Positions 49,610-63,022 of a stretch of DNA of 64,000 nucleotides are shown piece by piece (position 1 is the first letter of the stretch; every line of letters begins with the position of its first letter). Below the pieces are notes generated by a model that searched no databases, had not been told where the DNA came from, and saw only the letters and a list, made by a program, of their open reading frames with translations. The stretch spans positions 13,950,001 through 14,014,000 of the forward strand of contig NC_091999.1 of the NCBI RefSeq assembly GCF_044704955.1. Reading direction: 5' to 3'. The translations under genes and the position numbers were made by a program. This DNA comes from Pristiophorus japonicus (taxonomy: Eukaryota).

Positions 49610-52600
49610 GGGATGTTTTAAAATGGAGTTAACAGATTTTTAAAATGGATCCCACAGCCTGTTTTTCAGACTGTGGGAAGCATGTGTGGGATGCCTTCCA
49701 CAGAGGGGCAGATGTTCCAATTCATAGACCAAAGGCCTTGGGAGCTGGGCACAGACACAGATAACATAGAATTTGAATTCTATAACAAGATACAAGTTAA
49801 ATAAAAAGAATCATAAGAACATGTATCCTGAATTACCAATTAAAGCATATAGAGGCCAGATTGGAGGAAGCAATCATGTATTAATCAATCAGCACGTATT
49901 AATTGTAACTTGCATAATTACATAATGCTATAATCTGAAACTGTATAAAATAAGATGTCTCTGGCAGTTTCTCTGAGCATTCCTTCAAGGATAGCTCCAC
50001 TGCCAGCTTGTATCTTTTATTAATAAAAACTGCATTTACTTTAAGGCTAACGGACTCCGAGTGGTGGTTTGAAGTTAACCCTAAGAACTTGGCACAGTCA
50101 GCAGGATCTACTGGACGGGCAGATTAGACTCAAAAAGCCAAACCAACCTAACAACGAGTGAGTAGAGAATTACCTTGAGAAAGTAACCAGAGATCAAATG
50201 AATCTGAGGCAGAGTCCATGCAGCCAGTAAATCCAGTTGAGGGGCGCATCAGGACACTTTAAATAAATACTGGAAGTGTCTGTAGAATAAGTACGTATAC
50301 GGGATATCGGGGAAAAAGCCTCGGTGTAAATAGTTCCGCATAAGTAAAGGCAGAAAAACAGCACTAGGTAAAAAGCCTTGGTGTAAAAAGTTCTGCTTAA
50401 GTAAAGATGGTAAAACAGGAACTGGGGAAAAGCCCCAATGTATGAAATGGCAAAGGAATCTGCCAAGGCCCTTGGAGGGCTGAGGTATAAACTACCAGAA
50501 GAGTTTCTGAGAGATAAATCTGAAAAGGTTAAGGCAGGATATGATGAAGGGAAAAAGATAATTTTAGCAGCCGGAAAGATGAATAGAAAGATACCCGAAG
50601 GTGAGATGGACAGAGAAAGTGACAAAAGACAACAGGATGTAAGTATAAAAATAGATATAGTTGACAGAAGGGAATGGACAGAGGAATTTGGCCCAAATTT
50701 GTATTCCCCACTAACAGGGTTATGATTAGGACCTGAGGAAAATAAAGGATTGATTGGGGGCCAGAAGGCTCGCTTAGTAGATATTTTTCGGAAGACCAAA
50801 ATAAAAACTGTTAGTGACTATCTTAGGTGAAGTATGGATCCAAAATAGAGCCAGCCAAACAATAAGCTGTGTTGAATAAAGAGAGACTTTTGTGAATGTC
50901 TGTCTTTGAATGGAAATGCTTGTGTGATTTTTGACTGCGGAATATTTGAGGTGGGAATTAATGAATTTTTCATGTGTCTGAAAACCTTCTTCAGAAAGTG
51001 GTAGAGCTGTCTGTTGTTATGACCCCACCCACTTTTTCAGACAGAGTGAATTTTTTTAACCCTTTGCAGTGTTGTCCTGTATGAAGGAAGTTTTAAGAAA
51101 GTGTGAACCTAGAATTGAATTACATTTTAAGTTAGAAACCCAGGTGTGAATTTATTCAGATGATATGTTATGGAGCTAGGAAATGCACAAAGGATAGGTT
51201 TGTTGAGCAAAAGATAAAAAATGCGTGGTCCCGATGGTTTTAAAAAACATTTTTTTGACACGCTCACTTGTCAAAAGAAAATATGTAATCATTGACTACA
51301 TTTGTTTGAAAGATAATACATTTAGTCTAGGAATGAGATAAAGAACGGAGCAGGGAAATTGTAATGTCTTTAAAAAAAGGAGCCTGCGTGGGTGTCTCGA
51401 GACTGCGGGCTGGGGAAGTACTCCCCCATATTCCTTCGTGTAAAATCTTGATGCGAAAGCTTCTAGCTCAGTAAAAAGATTTTTAAATAAAAGATTGGCA
51501 GTACAATATTTCAATTGGGATTTTGAGATATTTCTGTTGATTCTCCTTGATAAACATTTTGGTTGTATTGGAAAATCTTGGGTTTGGAAGACTTTTAATA
51601 AAAGTAAACATACTGCATCAGAAGCTGAAGCTTAAAAAGATGAAATTTATGAGATACTGTATCTCAAAATTGAAGTTACAGCGCAAAAGATTAGAGTTTG
51701 TGATGTTCAGCTTCTAAAACAGAAGTTAGGCACATAATTACAAAACAAGTACTTTGCATTCTGTGATCTGTGAATCACTATAAGCATAAATGATAAGTCT
51801 GATTAAAAAACTGTATTACCATATTTGATATTTCATAATCCAACAATAAATACAAATCCTACAAAAGGGGAGCAGAAATTAGGATGGGAGCAGTGAAGAG
51901 TTAATTTTGTTGTGAAGATTTCAAGTACCACTGTTTAACACAACAAAATGAGATACATTTAAAATAAAAAGTTAAATCTGATCTCTTTTTAAAAAAAAAT
52001 AAAACTATAATATTTGGAAACAATGTCGAAATATCTTCAGGTATCAGGTCAAACTCCTGGGCAAGTGGGGAGCTATCTGCGAAAGTGCAAAAGGAATTTT
52101 GAAAAAAATTAAATATTAAAACGGCAGGCTTTAGCAGTTTAGAACAAAGGAAAATATAAGTTGAACTTGTGACTTCAGATACGGTGGTTGAAGAACCACA
52201 GAAAGTGAGAAGTAAAGGCTTTGAAACTGGAACATTTGAGATAACGGAAAGCAGCTATCAAAGCCTACATGCTAGACTCTGTTCTAGTTATGGAAAAGAC
52301 ATTTGAGATAACAGAATGCAAGATTTAAAGTAAATCCCAAAAAGGCACAAATCGGGCAAGCTGTCGTACAGTACTTGGGACAAGAAATATCCCAAGGAAC
52401 TAGGACCATGTCCAATGACAGGAAGGAGGACATTAGGATTAAGCCCCGACCAAAACCAGTCTGAGGGGTGTGTAAGACACTGGGGTTCTTTAGCTATTGC
52501 AGGAATTTTGTGCCTAACCACAGCAATTGCAGAACGAATACAGCGGCTAGTGAAAGGAAAGTCCGGTTGAAATGGAAATGGTAAGACTCTAACTAAAACC

Positions 52601-53500
52601 TGGAATATCCAGGATGTGTTTTATCAACAGAATATAAACGTGATCATCACTGTCCTTCCGATTCTACAAGGATAAGCTACAATGCCGCCCCTAGAGGGCC
52701 CAGAAGCATTTACCCACACCGGAGGGTAAAACAACTATGTAAAGCAGCCTCTAGGGGGCGGCATCTAAGTGTCAGGAGCATTTGTCTTGAAGCCACAAGA
52801 TAAGTGTGCAAAAAATGTTACCTGAATATTGTAAACCAGGGGAATTAACCTTGGGAAATTGCGTGGTAGTTAAATCTGGAACAGAAGTAATGTTGTTATT
52901 TGACAATGTGCAGCATGAAATGTTACTTGTGAGCATAAATTAATCAGCTCTATACCTGCCAGAAAACAATGAGCCACAAGACTAAAGCGTTGTAAACACA
53001 ATTGCTAGATACAATCCTGAGAATAGCTAGTGACACATCAGGAGCAAGGGAGTAACACAAGCAGCTGAGACACAAAGAAGAAAGACAGAGGAGATCAACA
53101 GCGAATGACGTATTAACTTTACAGGGACATCTCTAGTCGATGCATCAGATATACAGGCGATCAAGGCAGGTGTAGCTAGTTTGAGGGGAACAACGGAGGT
53201 ACTAATCAGGAAACAGGCCAGGATTGGGATAGAATCTTCAGAGTTAGGATCTAAAACAGCCAAAAAAAATGCATATTGGAAGGCCATGCACGAACAATTA
53301 ACGAGCAAAATAAGCAGGAATTGAGAGGACGATGCCGAGGACAGGAAAAGAGACACATGTCATGCCTATGGGAGATGGATGATTGGTCAGGTGAGACACA
53401 ATATGGATCAGATACAAACCGGGCAAGTTACAGGTTCAATAAATAGCATCCAGTTGAAAGAAATGGCACAGCACACTGGGCCATTAGATGCCTGCACCCT
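49610..53500 (+). mobile_element. ERV-like element C: 5' LTR, PBS tRNA-Ser(AGA)-like, internally deleted pol and env remnants
   Basis: TATAAAA near 49944 and AATAAA near 50022. PBS TGGCACAGTCAGCAGGAT at 50090-50107. Donor GTGAGT near 50158. RT C-terminal KVNPKKAQIGQAVVQYLGQEISQGTR at about 52328-52405. Furin-like RQRR at 53083-53094 followed by a fusion-peptide/heptad-like sequence. Confidence 0.72.
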
Positions 53501-53501
53501 G

Positions 53502-56500
53502 AAATATAGAAACATAGAAACATAGAAAAAGGTTGCAGGAATAGGCCATTCGCCCCTTCGAGCCTGCACCAATGTTCAATAAGATCATGGCTGATCATTC
53601 ACCTCAGTACCCCTTTCCTGCTTTCGCTCCATACCCCTTGATCCCTTTACCTTAAGGGTCATATCCAACTCCCTCTTGAATATATCTGATGAACTGGCAT
53701 CAACAACGTTCTGCGGAAGAGAATTCCACAGGTTAACAACTCTGAGTGAAGAAGTTTCTCCTCATCTCGGTCCTAAATGGTTTACCCCTTGTCCTTAGAC
53801 TGGACTCCCCCAACATCGGGAACATTCTTCGTGCATCTAACCTGTCCAGTCCCGTCAGAATTGTATATGTTTCTGAGGTCGCCTCTCATTCTTCTAAACT
53901 CCAGTGAATACAGGCCCAGCCGATCCTATCTCTCCTCATATGTCAGTCCTGCCATCCCGGAAATCAGTCTGATGAACCTTCGCTGCACTCCCTCAATAGC
54001 AAGAACGTCCTTCCTCAGATTAGAACAAAACTGAACACAGTATTTCAGGTGAGGCCTCAGCAAACTGCCCTGCTGCTATATTCAAATCCCCAAGATATGG
54101 GGCCAACATGTTATTTGCCTTCTTCCTGTCTGCTGCACCTGCATGCCAATCTTCAATGACTGATGTGCCATGATACCCAGGTCTCGTTGCACTTCCCTTT
54201 TCCTAATCTGCCACCATTCAGATAATATTCTGCCTTCGTGTTTTTGCCACCAAAGTGCATAACCTCACATTTATCGATATTACACTACATCTGCCACGCA
54301 ATTGCCCACTCACCTAACCTGTCCAAGTCACCCTGCAGTCTCTTAGCATCCTCCTCACATTTCACACCGCCATCCAGCATAATGTCATCTGCAAACTTGG
54401 AGATATTATACACAATTCCTTCATATAAGTCATTGATGTAGATTGTAAATTGCTGGGGTCCCGGCACTGAGCCCTGCGGCACCCAACTAGTCACAGCCTG
54501 CCATTGTGAAAAGGACCCATTTATCCCGACTCTCTGTTTCCTGTCTATCAACCAGTTCTCTATCCACATCAATACATTACCTCCAATACCATGTGCTTTA
54601 ATATTGCACACCACCCTCTTGTGTGGGACCTTGTCAAAAGTCTTTTGAAAGTCCCACTGCACCACATCCACTGGTTCTCCCTTGTCCACTCTACTAGTTA
54701 CATCCTCACAAAATTCCAGAAGATTTGTCAAGCATGATTTCCCTTTCATAAATCCATGCTGATTTGGACTGATCCTGTCAGTGCTTTCCAATTGCGCTGC
54801 TATTTCATCTTTAATAATTGATTCCAACATTTTCCCCACCACTGATGTCAGGCTAACCGGTCTATAATTACCCGTTTTCTCTCTCCCTCCTTTTTCAAAA
54901 TGTGGTGTTACATTAGCTACCCTCCAGTCCATACGAACTGATCTCGAGTTGATGGACTGTTGGAAAATGATCTCCAATGCATCCACTATTTCTAGGGCCA
55001 CTTCCTTAAGTACTCTGGGATGCAGACCATCAGGCCCCGGGGATTTATCGGCCTTTAGTCCCATCAATTTCCCGAACATAATTTCCCACAAATAAGGATT
55101 TCCTTCAGTTCCTCCTTCTCACTAGCCCCTCGGTCACGTACTATTTCCAGAAGGTTATGCGTGAATGTGAATGCAGAACCAAAGTATTTGTTCAACTGGT
55201 CTACCATTTCTTTGTTCCCCATTATAAATTCACCTGAATCTGACTGCAAGGGACCTACGTTTGCCTTCACTAATCTTTTTCTCTTCACTTATCTATAGAA
55301 GTTTTTATGTTCCCAGCAAGCTTCCTCTCATACTCTATTTTCCCCCTCCGAATTAAACCCTTTGTCCTCCTCTGCTGAATTCTAAATTTCTACCCGTCCT
55401 CAGGTTAATGCTTTTTCTGACCAATTTATATGCCTCTTCCTTGGATTTAACACTATCCTTAATTTCCCTTGTTAGCCACGGTTGAGCCACCTTTCCCGTT
55501 TTATTTTTTACTCCAGACAGGGATGTCCAATTGTTGAAGTTCATCCATGTGATCTTTAAATTTTTTCCATTGCCTATCTGCCGTCAACCCTTTAAGTATC
55601 ATTTCCCAGTCTATTCTAGCCAATCCATGTCTCATACCATCGAAGTTACCTTTCCTTAAGTTCAGGACCCCAGTCTCAGAATTAATTGTTTCACTCTCCA
55701 CCTTAACAAACAATTCTACCTTATTATGGTTACTCTTTTCCAAGGGGCCTCACACAACAAGATTGCTAATTAGTCTTTTCTCATTACACATCAACCAGTC
55801 TAGGATGGCCAGCCCTCGAGATGGTTCCTCGACATATTGGTCGAGAAACCATCCTGAATACACTCCAGCAAATCCTCCTCCACCGTATTGCTACCAGTTT
55901 GGTTAGCCCAATCTATATGTAGATTAAAGTCGCCCATGATAACTTCTGTACCTTTATTGCACACATTCCTCCTTTCTTGTTTGATGCTGTCCCCAAACTC
56001 ACTACGATTGTTTGGTGGTACACAACTCTCACTAACGTTTTCTTCCCTTTGATATTCCGCAGCTCCACCCACACAGAATCCATGCGAATGTCCTTCCTTA
56101 CTATTGCGTTAATTTCCTCTTCAACCAGCAATGCCACCCCACCTCCTTTTCCTTTGTGTCTATCCTTCCTGAATGGTGAATATCCCTGGATGTTGCGTTC
56201 CCAGCCTTCGTCACCCTGGAGCCATTTCTCCGTGATGCCAATTACATCATATTCATTCATTGCTGCCTGTGCAGTTAATTTGTCCACTTTATTACGAATA
56301 CTCCTCGCATTGAGGCACAGAGCCTTCAGGCTTGTTATCTTAACACACCTTGTCCCTTTAGAATTTGGCTGCAATGTGGCCCTTTTTGATTTTTGCCTTG
56401 GGTTTCTCTGCCCTCCACCTTTACTATTCAGCCCCCATCTTACTTCCCTCTGTCTCCCTGCATAGGTTCCCATCCCACTGCCATATTAGTTTAACCCCTC

Positions 56501-56762
56501 CCCAACAACACGAGCAAACTCTCCCCTGTGGACATTGGTTCTGCCCAGGTGCAGAGCGTCTGGTTTGCACTGGTCCCAGCTCCCCCAGAACCGCTTCCAA
56601 TGTCCCAGGAAATTGAATCCCTCCCTTCTGCACCACACATTCATCTGAGCTATCCTGCGATTCCTACTCTGACTAGCAGGTGGCAGTGGTAGCTATTCTG
56701 AAATTGCTACCTTTGAGGTCCTATTTGTTAATTTAGTTCCCAGCTCCCTAAATTCAGCTTGT
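53502..56762 (-). mobile_element. Long CR1 LINE (ORF1 end, APE, RT), disrupted
   Basis: ORF 55913-56473 (CLNARSIRNK, GITEKW) and ORF 54285-55091 (RT, KFADD); aacatagaaa tail. Confidence 0.95.
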
Positions 56763-56969
56763 AATTCCTCAGACAGAGTGAGTCAGACTCAAACACAAAC
56801 ACGTAAAGAGCTCTCTTAAGACAGAGAGTGAGAGGCACAGAAACATTGCACAATCCCATTTCTTTGTCAGTTGAGAATGTTATAAAGTTATCGACATGTG
56901 CAGATTCAACAGAATACATTCGGGTACAACTGAGCAGGATGGGAGGAAATCGGTTTGAATTTAAAGATT

Positions 56970-57052
56970 TACCAGGAGTGGGGTTCAAACCCACACAGCT
57001 ATACACCCATTGGATTTTACGTCCAACGCCGAAACCACTCGGCCATCCTGGT
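56970..57052 (-). tRNA. tRNA-Leu(TAA), probable pseudogene
   Basis: ACCAGGATGGCCGAGTGGTTTCGGCGTTGGACGTAAAATCCAATGG...GGTTTGAACCCCACTCCTGGTA. U33 and B-box mutated. Confidence 0.85.
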
Positions 57053-57491
57053 TTTGTCAGTATTCGGATTTTGTCTCTGTGAGAATATGGGCTGCAGCTC
57101 CACTCTCACAGATATAGGTTTTCAATGACCATTTTCAAATATTTATCGTAATATTGACACAGGGGCAACTCTCCTATTCTTTTTCGAGTAATGCTCTGGG
57201 AACTTTTGCATCCACCCGAGGGTGCAGACGGAGCTTCAATTTAACATTTCATCTGAAAGTCAACAGCTTCAACAATGCAAAATTCCCCAAGTACTGCATT
57301 TGAGTGTCAGCCAAGATTACATGCTCAAGTCTCAGGAGTAGGACTTATACACACAACCTCCTGATTCAGTCGAGAATGCTGCCACTGAACCAAAGCCGAT
57401 ACCAAAGCTCACATCCGTATTACTTTCCCCAAGTCTTTTTATAAAGTTCCAGGACATATAGAAGTAATATTCAACATTTTGATAAAGCTCC

Positions 57492-57563
57492 ATCCTCATC
57501 GGGGAATTGAACCCCGACCTCGCGCGTGACAGGGAGGGATACTAACTACTACACTAACGAGGA
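57492..57563 (-). tRNA. tRNA-Asp(GTC), probable pseudogene
   Basis: TCCTCGTTAGTGTAGTAGTTAGTATCCCTCCCTGTCACGCGCGAGGTCGGGGTTCAATTCCCCGATGAGGAT; anticodon-stem mismatches. Confidence 0.85.
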
Positions 57564-58317
57564 ACTGACGGGTATTTGTTCTGTCAGAGCAGGAATCGAG
57601 CTGTGAACAGAACTGGACACCATGAGAAGTCGACAGGCACATTGAGAGACAGAGACAAACCGACAAACAGGGAGAGACAGACAGCGAGATAGAGACGTGA
57701 GACAGAAAGTATGAGACTGAGAAGGAGAGGCAGACTGAGTGAGAAAAAGACTCAAACACACACATATACAGAGATGTGTGTGTGTGTGTGCTCTATAAAG
57801 AGAGAGTGGGAAAGAGTGAGAGAAAGACAGTGACAAAGAGAGAGACAGAAAAAGAGTGAGCGACAGATAGAGAGATAGACAGAGATATAAACAGAAAATG
57901 ATGGAAATACTCAGCAGGTTAGAGACAGGAACTAACAGAGACAGGCAAAGAGAGAGACAGGTAGAGACATGGACAGACAGAGATGATGGGAATGAGAGAG
58001 ACAGTCAGACAGAGAGACTGAGAGAATCCCATTGGAACAGAACTAGACATCGTGAGAAAGAGACAGATAAGTTGAGAGACAGGGAAACAGGGAGAGACAG
58101 ACAGCGAGATAGAGACAAAGAAAGACAGAAACTTTGAGACTGAGAGGGAGGGTCAGACTGAATGACAGAAAGACTCAAACACATACATACACAGAGATGT
58201 GTTTGTGTGCTCCATAAAGAGAGGGAGGCAAATAGTGATGGAATGACAGAGACAAAGACAGGGACAAAGAGGGAGACAGATAGAGAGAAAGACAGATATA
58301 GAGAGAGATAGAGACAA

Positions 58318-60230
58318 TAATTCGGTTCTGTCTTTACAAAGGAAGATACAAAAAACCTTCCAAATGTACTCGGGGACTGTGAGTCTAGTGAGAATGAGGA
58401 ACTGAAAGATATCCTTACTGGCGGGTAATTGTGTTAGGGAAATTGATGGGATTAAAGGCCGATAAATCCCTGGGTCCTGATAGTCTGCATCCCAGAGTAC
58501 TTAAGGAAGTGGCCCTAGAAATAATGGATGCATTGGTGATCATTTTCCAACAATCTATCGACTCTGGATCAGTTCCTATGGACTGGAGGGTAGCTAATGT
58601 GATGGCACTTTTTTAAAAAGGAGGGAGAGAGAAAGCGGGTAATTCTAGACCGGTTAGCCTGACATCAGTAGTGGGGAAAATGTTGGAATCAATCATTAAG
58701 GATGAAATAGCAGCCCATTTGGAAAGCAGTGACAGGATCGGACCGAGTCAGCATAGATTTATGGAAGGGAAATCATGCTTGACAAATCTTCTGGAATTTT
58801 TTGAGGATGTAACGAGTAGAGTGGACAAGGGAGAACCAGTGGATGTGGTGTATTTGGATTTTCAATAGGCTTTTGACAAGGTCCCGCACAAGAGATTGGT
58901 GCACAAAATCCAAGCGCATGGTATTGGGATTAATGTACTGACGTGGATAGAGAACTGGTTGGCAGATAGGAAGCAGAGAATCGGGATAAACAGGTCCTTT
59001 TCAGAATGGCAGGGCTCAGTGCTGGGACCCCAGCTCTTTACAATATATATTAACGATTTGGTTGAAGGAATAGAGTGTAATATCTCCAAGTTTGCGGATG
59101 ACACTAAACTGGGTGGCGGTGCGAGCTGTGAGGAGGATGCTAAGAGGCTGCAGGGTGACTTGGACAGATTAGGTGAGTGGGAAAATATATGGCAGATGCA
59201 GTATAATGTGGATAAATGTGAGGTTATCCATTTTGGGGGCAAAAACACAAAGGCAGAATATTATCTGAAAGGGGAGGTGCAACGAGATCTGGTTTATCAG
59301 TCACTGAAAGTGGGCATGCAGGTACAGCAGGCGGTAAATAAGGCAAATGGTATGCTGGCCTTCATAGCTAGGGGATTTGAATATAGGAGCAGGGAGACCT
59401 TACTGCAGTTGTACAAGGCCTTAGTGAGGCCAGACCTGGTATATTGTGTTCAGTTTTGGTCTCCTAGTCTGAGGAAGGACATTCTTGCTATTGAGGGAGT
59501 GCAGCAAACCAGTTGCCAAACAGTTCTCTATTCACGTCAGTACATTAATCCCAATACCATGCGCTTGGACTTTGTACACCAATCTCTTGTGCGGGACCTT
59601 GTCAAAAGCCTATTGAAAGTCCAAATACACCACATCCACTGGTTCTCCCTTGTCCACTCTACTCGTTACACCCTCAAAAAATTCCAGAAGATTCATCAAG
59701 CATGATTTCCCTTTCATAAATCCATGCTGACTCGGTCCGATATTGTCAACAGACTGATTCCAGGGATGGCAGGACTGTCATATGAGGAGAGATTGGATCA
59801 ACTGGGCCTTTATTCACTGGCGTTTAGAATGATGAAAGGGGATCGCATAGAAATATATAAGCTTCTGACGGGACTGTACAGGTTAGATGCGGGAAGAATG
59901 TTCTCGATGTTGGGGAAATCCAGAACCAGGGGACATAGTCTTAGGATAATGGGTAGGCCATTTAGCACTGAGATGAGGAGAAACTTCTTCACTCACAGAG
60001 TTGTTGACCTGTGGAATTCCCTGCCGCAGAGAGTTGTTGATGCCAGTTCATTGGATATATTCAAGAGGGAGTTAGATATGGCCCTTACGGATAAGGGGGT
60101 GAAGGGGTATGGAGAGAAAGCAGAAAAGGGGAACTGAAGGAATGATCAGCCATGAACATATTGAATGGTGGCGCAGGCTCGAAGGGCCTAATGGCCTACT
60201 CCTGCAGCTATTTTCTATGTTTCTATGTTT
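58318..60230 (+). mobile_element. CR1 LINE inserted in the tRNA array, with an internal inverted duplication
   Basis: RT motifs KFADDTKL and YCVQFWSP; (ttctatgt)n tail. Flanks gagacaa / aaacagaaaa are contiguous in the next array unit. Confidence 0.93.
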
Positions 60231-60644
60231 GTAAAACAGAAAATGATGAAAATACTCATCAGGTTAGAGACAGGGACAAAGTGAGACAGGCAAAGACATG
60301 GGCAGAGATGATGGGAAAGAGAGAGACAGTCAGACAGAGAGTCTGAGAGAATCCCATTGGAACAGACGTGGGCACCGTGAGAAAGAGACAGATTGAGAGA
60401 CAGAGACAAACAGAGAAACAGGCACAAAAAGAGTGAGTCAGAGAGACTCAGACTCAAGCACACAAACACATGCACAGCTCTCCAAAGACAGAAAGGCAGA
60501 GACTGAGATACACAGATACATTTCACAATTTCATTTCATGATCGGCTCAGAGTGTCACAGAGTTACAGAAAATTGTTGATTCAACAGATGAAAATCGGGT
60601 ATCACTGATCAACATGGGAGGACATCAGTGATAAATTAAAGAGA

Positions 60645-60726
60645 TTCGAGGAGTGGGGTACGAACCCTCGTGGGAAAATCCCATTGAATTTTAAGGCCAA
60701 CGACTTGACCATTCGGCCATCCTGGT
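60645..60726 (-). tRNA. tRNA-Leu(TAA), probable pseudogene
   Basis: ACCAGGATGGCCGAATGGTCAAGTCGTTGGCCTTAAAATTCAATGG...GGTTCGTACCCCACTCCTCGAA; acceptor and anticodon stem mismatches. Confidence 0.82.
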
Positions 60727-61480
60727 CCTTCCAGTGTTTCGATTCTGTCTCTGTGAGAATCTGGGCTTCAACTCCACCCCACAGACACACACATACACAT
60801 CGGGTTTCAGTGAGCATTTAGGAACATTTTTAGTAATATTGAGAGTGGGGCAACTCTCCTATTCTTTTTCGAGTAATGTTGTGGGAACATTCACATCCAC
60901 CCGAGGGTGCAGACGGAGCTTTAATTTAACATTTCTTCCGAAAGTCAACAGCTTCAACAATGCAAAATTCCCCAAGTACTGCACTTGAGTGTCTGCCAAG
61001 ATTATCTGCTCAAGTCTCAGGAGTGGGACTTAAACACACAAACTCCTGATTCGAGAATGCTGCCACTGAACCAGAGCTGATACAAAAGTTCACAACCGTA
61101 TTATTTTCCCCAACGCTTTTGAAAAAGTTCCAGGACATACCAAATTCATGGTGATGATTTCCACAGACAGTTGCACAGACACAGAGACATATATACAGAT
61201 AGACAGTCACAGAGACACATACACACACATAACCAGAAATATACATGCACCAACGGACACACACAGATGCCTTCGACATATCGAGGGATAGACAGGCTGA
61301 GTCACTACTTTGGCTGATTTTTGCATTTTTCTATCCGTATGTATCGTGAATATTGCAGACTAATAGAAATGTGAAAAAAATATCAGTGTTGAAAGGTGTG
61401 GGATGTTATTCCATCTATCTCAGGATCAGTTTTGCCAAAACCTGGTTAAATTGTAAAATGGAATAAAAAATGCTGAGAAT

Positions 61481-61562
61481 CGTAGTCGGCAGGATTCTAA
61501 CCTACGCGCAGAAAACCCAAAGTGTTTCTAGTCCATCGCTTTAACCACTCGGCCACAATTAC
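61481..61562 (-). tRNA. tRNA-Ser(AGA), probable pseudogene
   Basis: GTAATTGTGGCCGAGTGGTTAAAGCGATGGACTAGAAACACTTTGG...GGTTAGAATCCTGCCGACTACG; T6 terminator at 61465-61470. Confidence 0.85.
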
Positions 61563-61779
61563 TGCGTCTCTGGCACTTTAAATGTTACTCAGAAAAAACT
61601 CAGTCGTCCATCTCTGTGCAGCAGACGGCCACAGAATCCTGAAAAAGTCTCCGTTTGAAAAAAATCTGGAAGAGGCAATCTCCTCTTGCTGTATTTTTAC
61701 TGTTCTATATTGCTCTGGAACTTTTTAATAAAATCTATACCAAGAAACAGAAGTAAAATTCGACATTTTGAAAAAACTG

Positions 61780-61852
61780 CTGCGCCCTCGGGGAATTGAA
61801 CCCGGTTCTCCCGCATAACAAGCGGGAATAATCACCACTATACGGACGAGGG
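61780..61852 (-). tRNA. tRNA-Asp-derived gene with anticodon GTT, probable pseudogene
   Basis: CCCTCGTCCGTATAGTGGTGATTATTCCCGCTTGTTATGCGGGAGAACCGGGTTCAATTCCCCGAGGGCGCAG; T-run terminator follows. Confidence 0.8.
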
Positions 61853-63022
61853 TACGGGTTGCGTTAGAGCAGTAATCGAGCTGTGAACAGAAGTCGACAG
61901 ACACATTGATCGACAGAGACAAACCGACAAACAGGGATAGACAGACAGCGAGAGAGAGAGACAACGAGAGACAGAAAGGATGAGACTGAAAAGTGAGGCA
62001 GACTCAGTGAGAAAAAGGACTCAAACACCTACATATACAGAGATGTGTGTGTGTGATCTATAAAGAGAGAGAGGGAAAGAGTGAGAGAAAGACAGTGATA
62101 AAGACGGTGACAAGGAGAGAGACAGATAGAGATAGAGCAACAGATAGAGAGAGAGACAAAGAGATAAACAGAAAATGATGGAAATACTCAGCAGGTTAGA
62201 GGTAGGAACTACCAGCGACAGGCAAAGAGAGACAGATAGGCAGAAACATAGACAGACAGAGATGATGGGAAAGAGTGAGACAGTCAGACAGAGAGACTGA
62301 GTGAATCCCATTCGAACAGAACTGGACACCGTGAGAAAGAGACAGACACATAGAGAACCAGAGACAAACAGGGAAACGGGGAGAGACAGACAGCAAGATA
62401 GAGACAAAGAGAGACAGAAAGTTTGAGACGGAAAGGGAGGATCAGACTGAATGAGAAAAAGACTCAAACATATAAATACGCAGAGATGTATTTGCGTGCT
62501 CCATAAAGAGAGGGGGGCAGATAGTGATGGAATGACAGAGAAAAGGACAGGGACAAAGAGAGAGACAAAGAGGGAGGCAGATAGAGAGAAAGACAGATCG
62601 AGAGAGAGAGACAGAGACAAAAACAGAAAATAATGGAAATATTTATTAGGTTAGAGTCGGGGACGAACAGAGACAGGCAAAGACATGGACAGACTGAGAT
62701 AATGGGACAGAGAGAGGCAGTCAGACAGAGAGTCTGAGAGAATCCCATTGCAACAGAACTAGACACCGTGAGAAAGAGACAGATTGAGAGACAGAGACAA
62801 ACAGAGAAACAGGGACAGACAGAGTGGGTCAGAGAGAGACAAAGACTCAAACACACAAACACATAAACAGCTCTCTAAAGAGAGAGAGCGGCAGAGACAT
62901 TTCACAATTTCATTTCATTATCGGCTCAGAGTGTCACGTAGTTACAGAAAACTGGAGATTCAGCTGATGAAAATCGGGTATCATTGAGCAGGATGGGAAA
63001 AATCTCTATTTAATTAAGGAAT

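Noticed and set aside
50438-50725. 95-aa ORF as a retroviral accessory gene
   Set aside because: No recognisable motif and the surrounding sequence is degraded; it cannot be told apart from a gag/leader remnant without a search.
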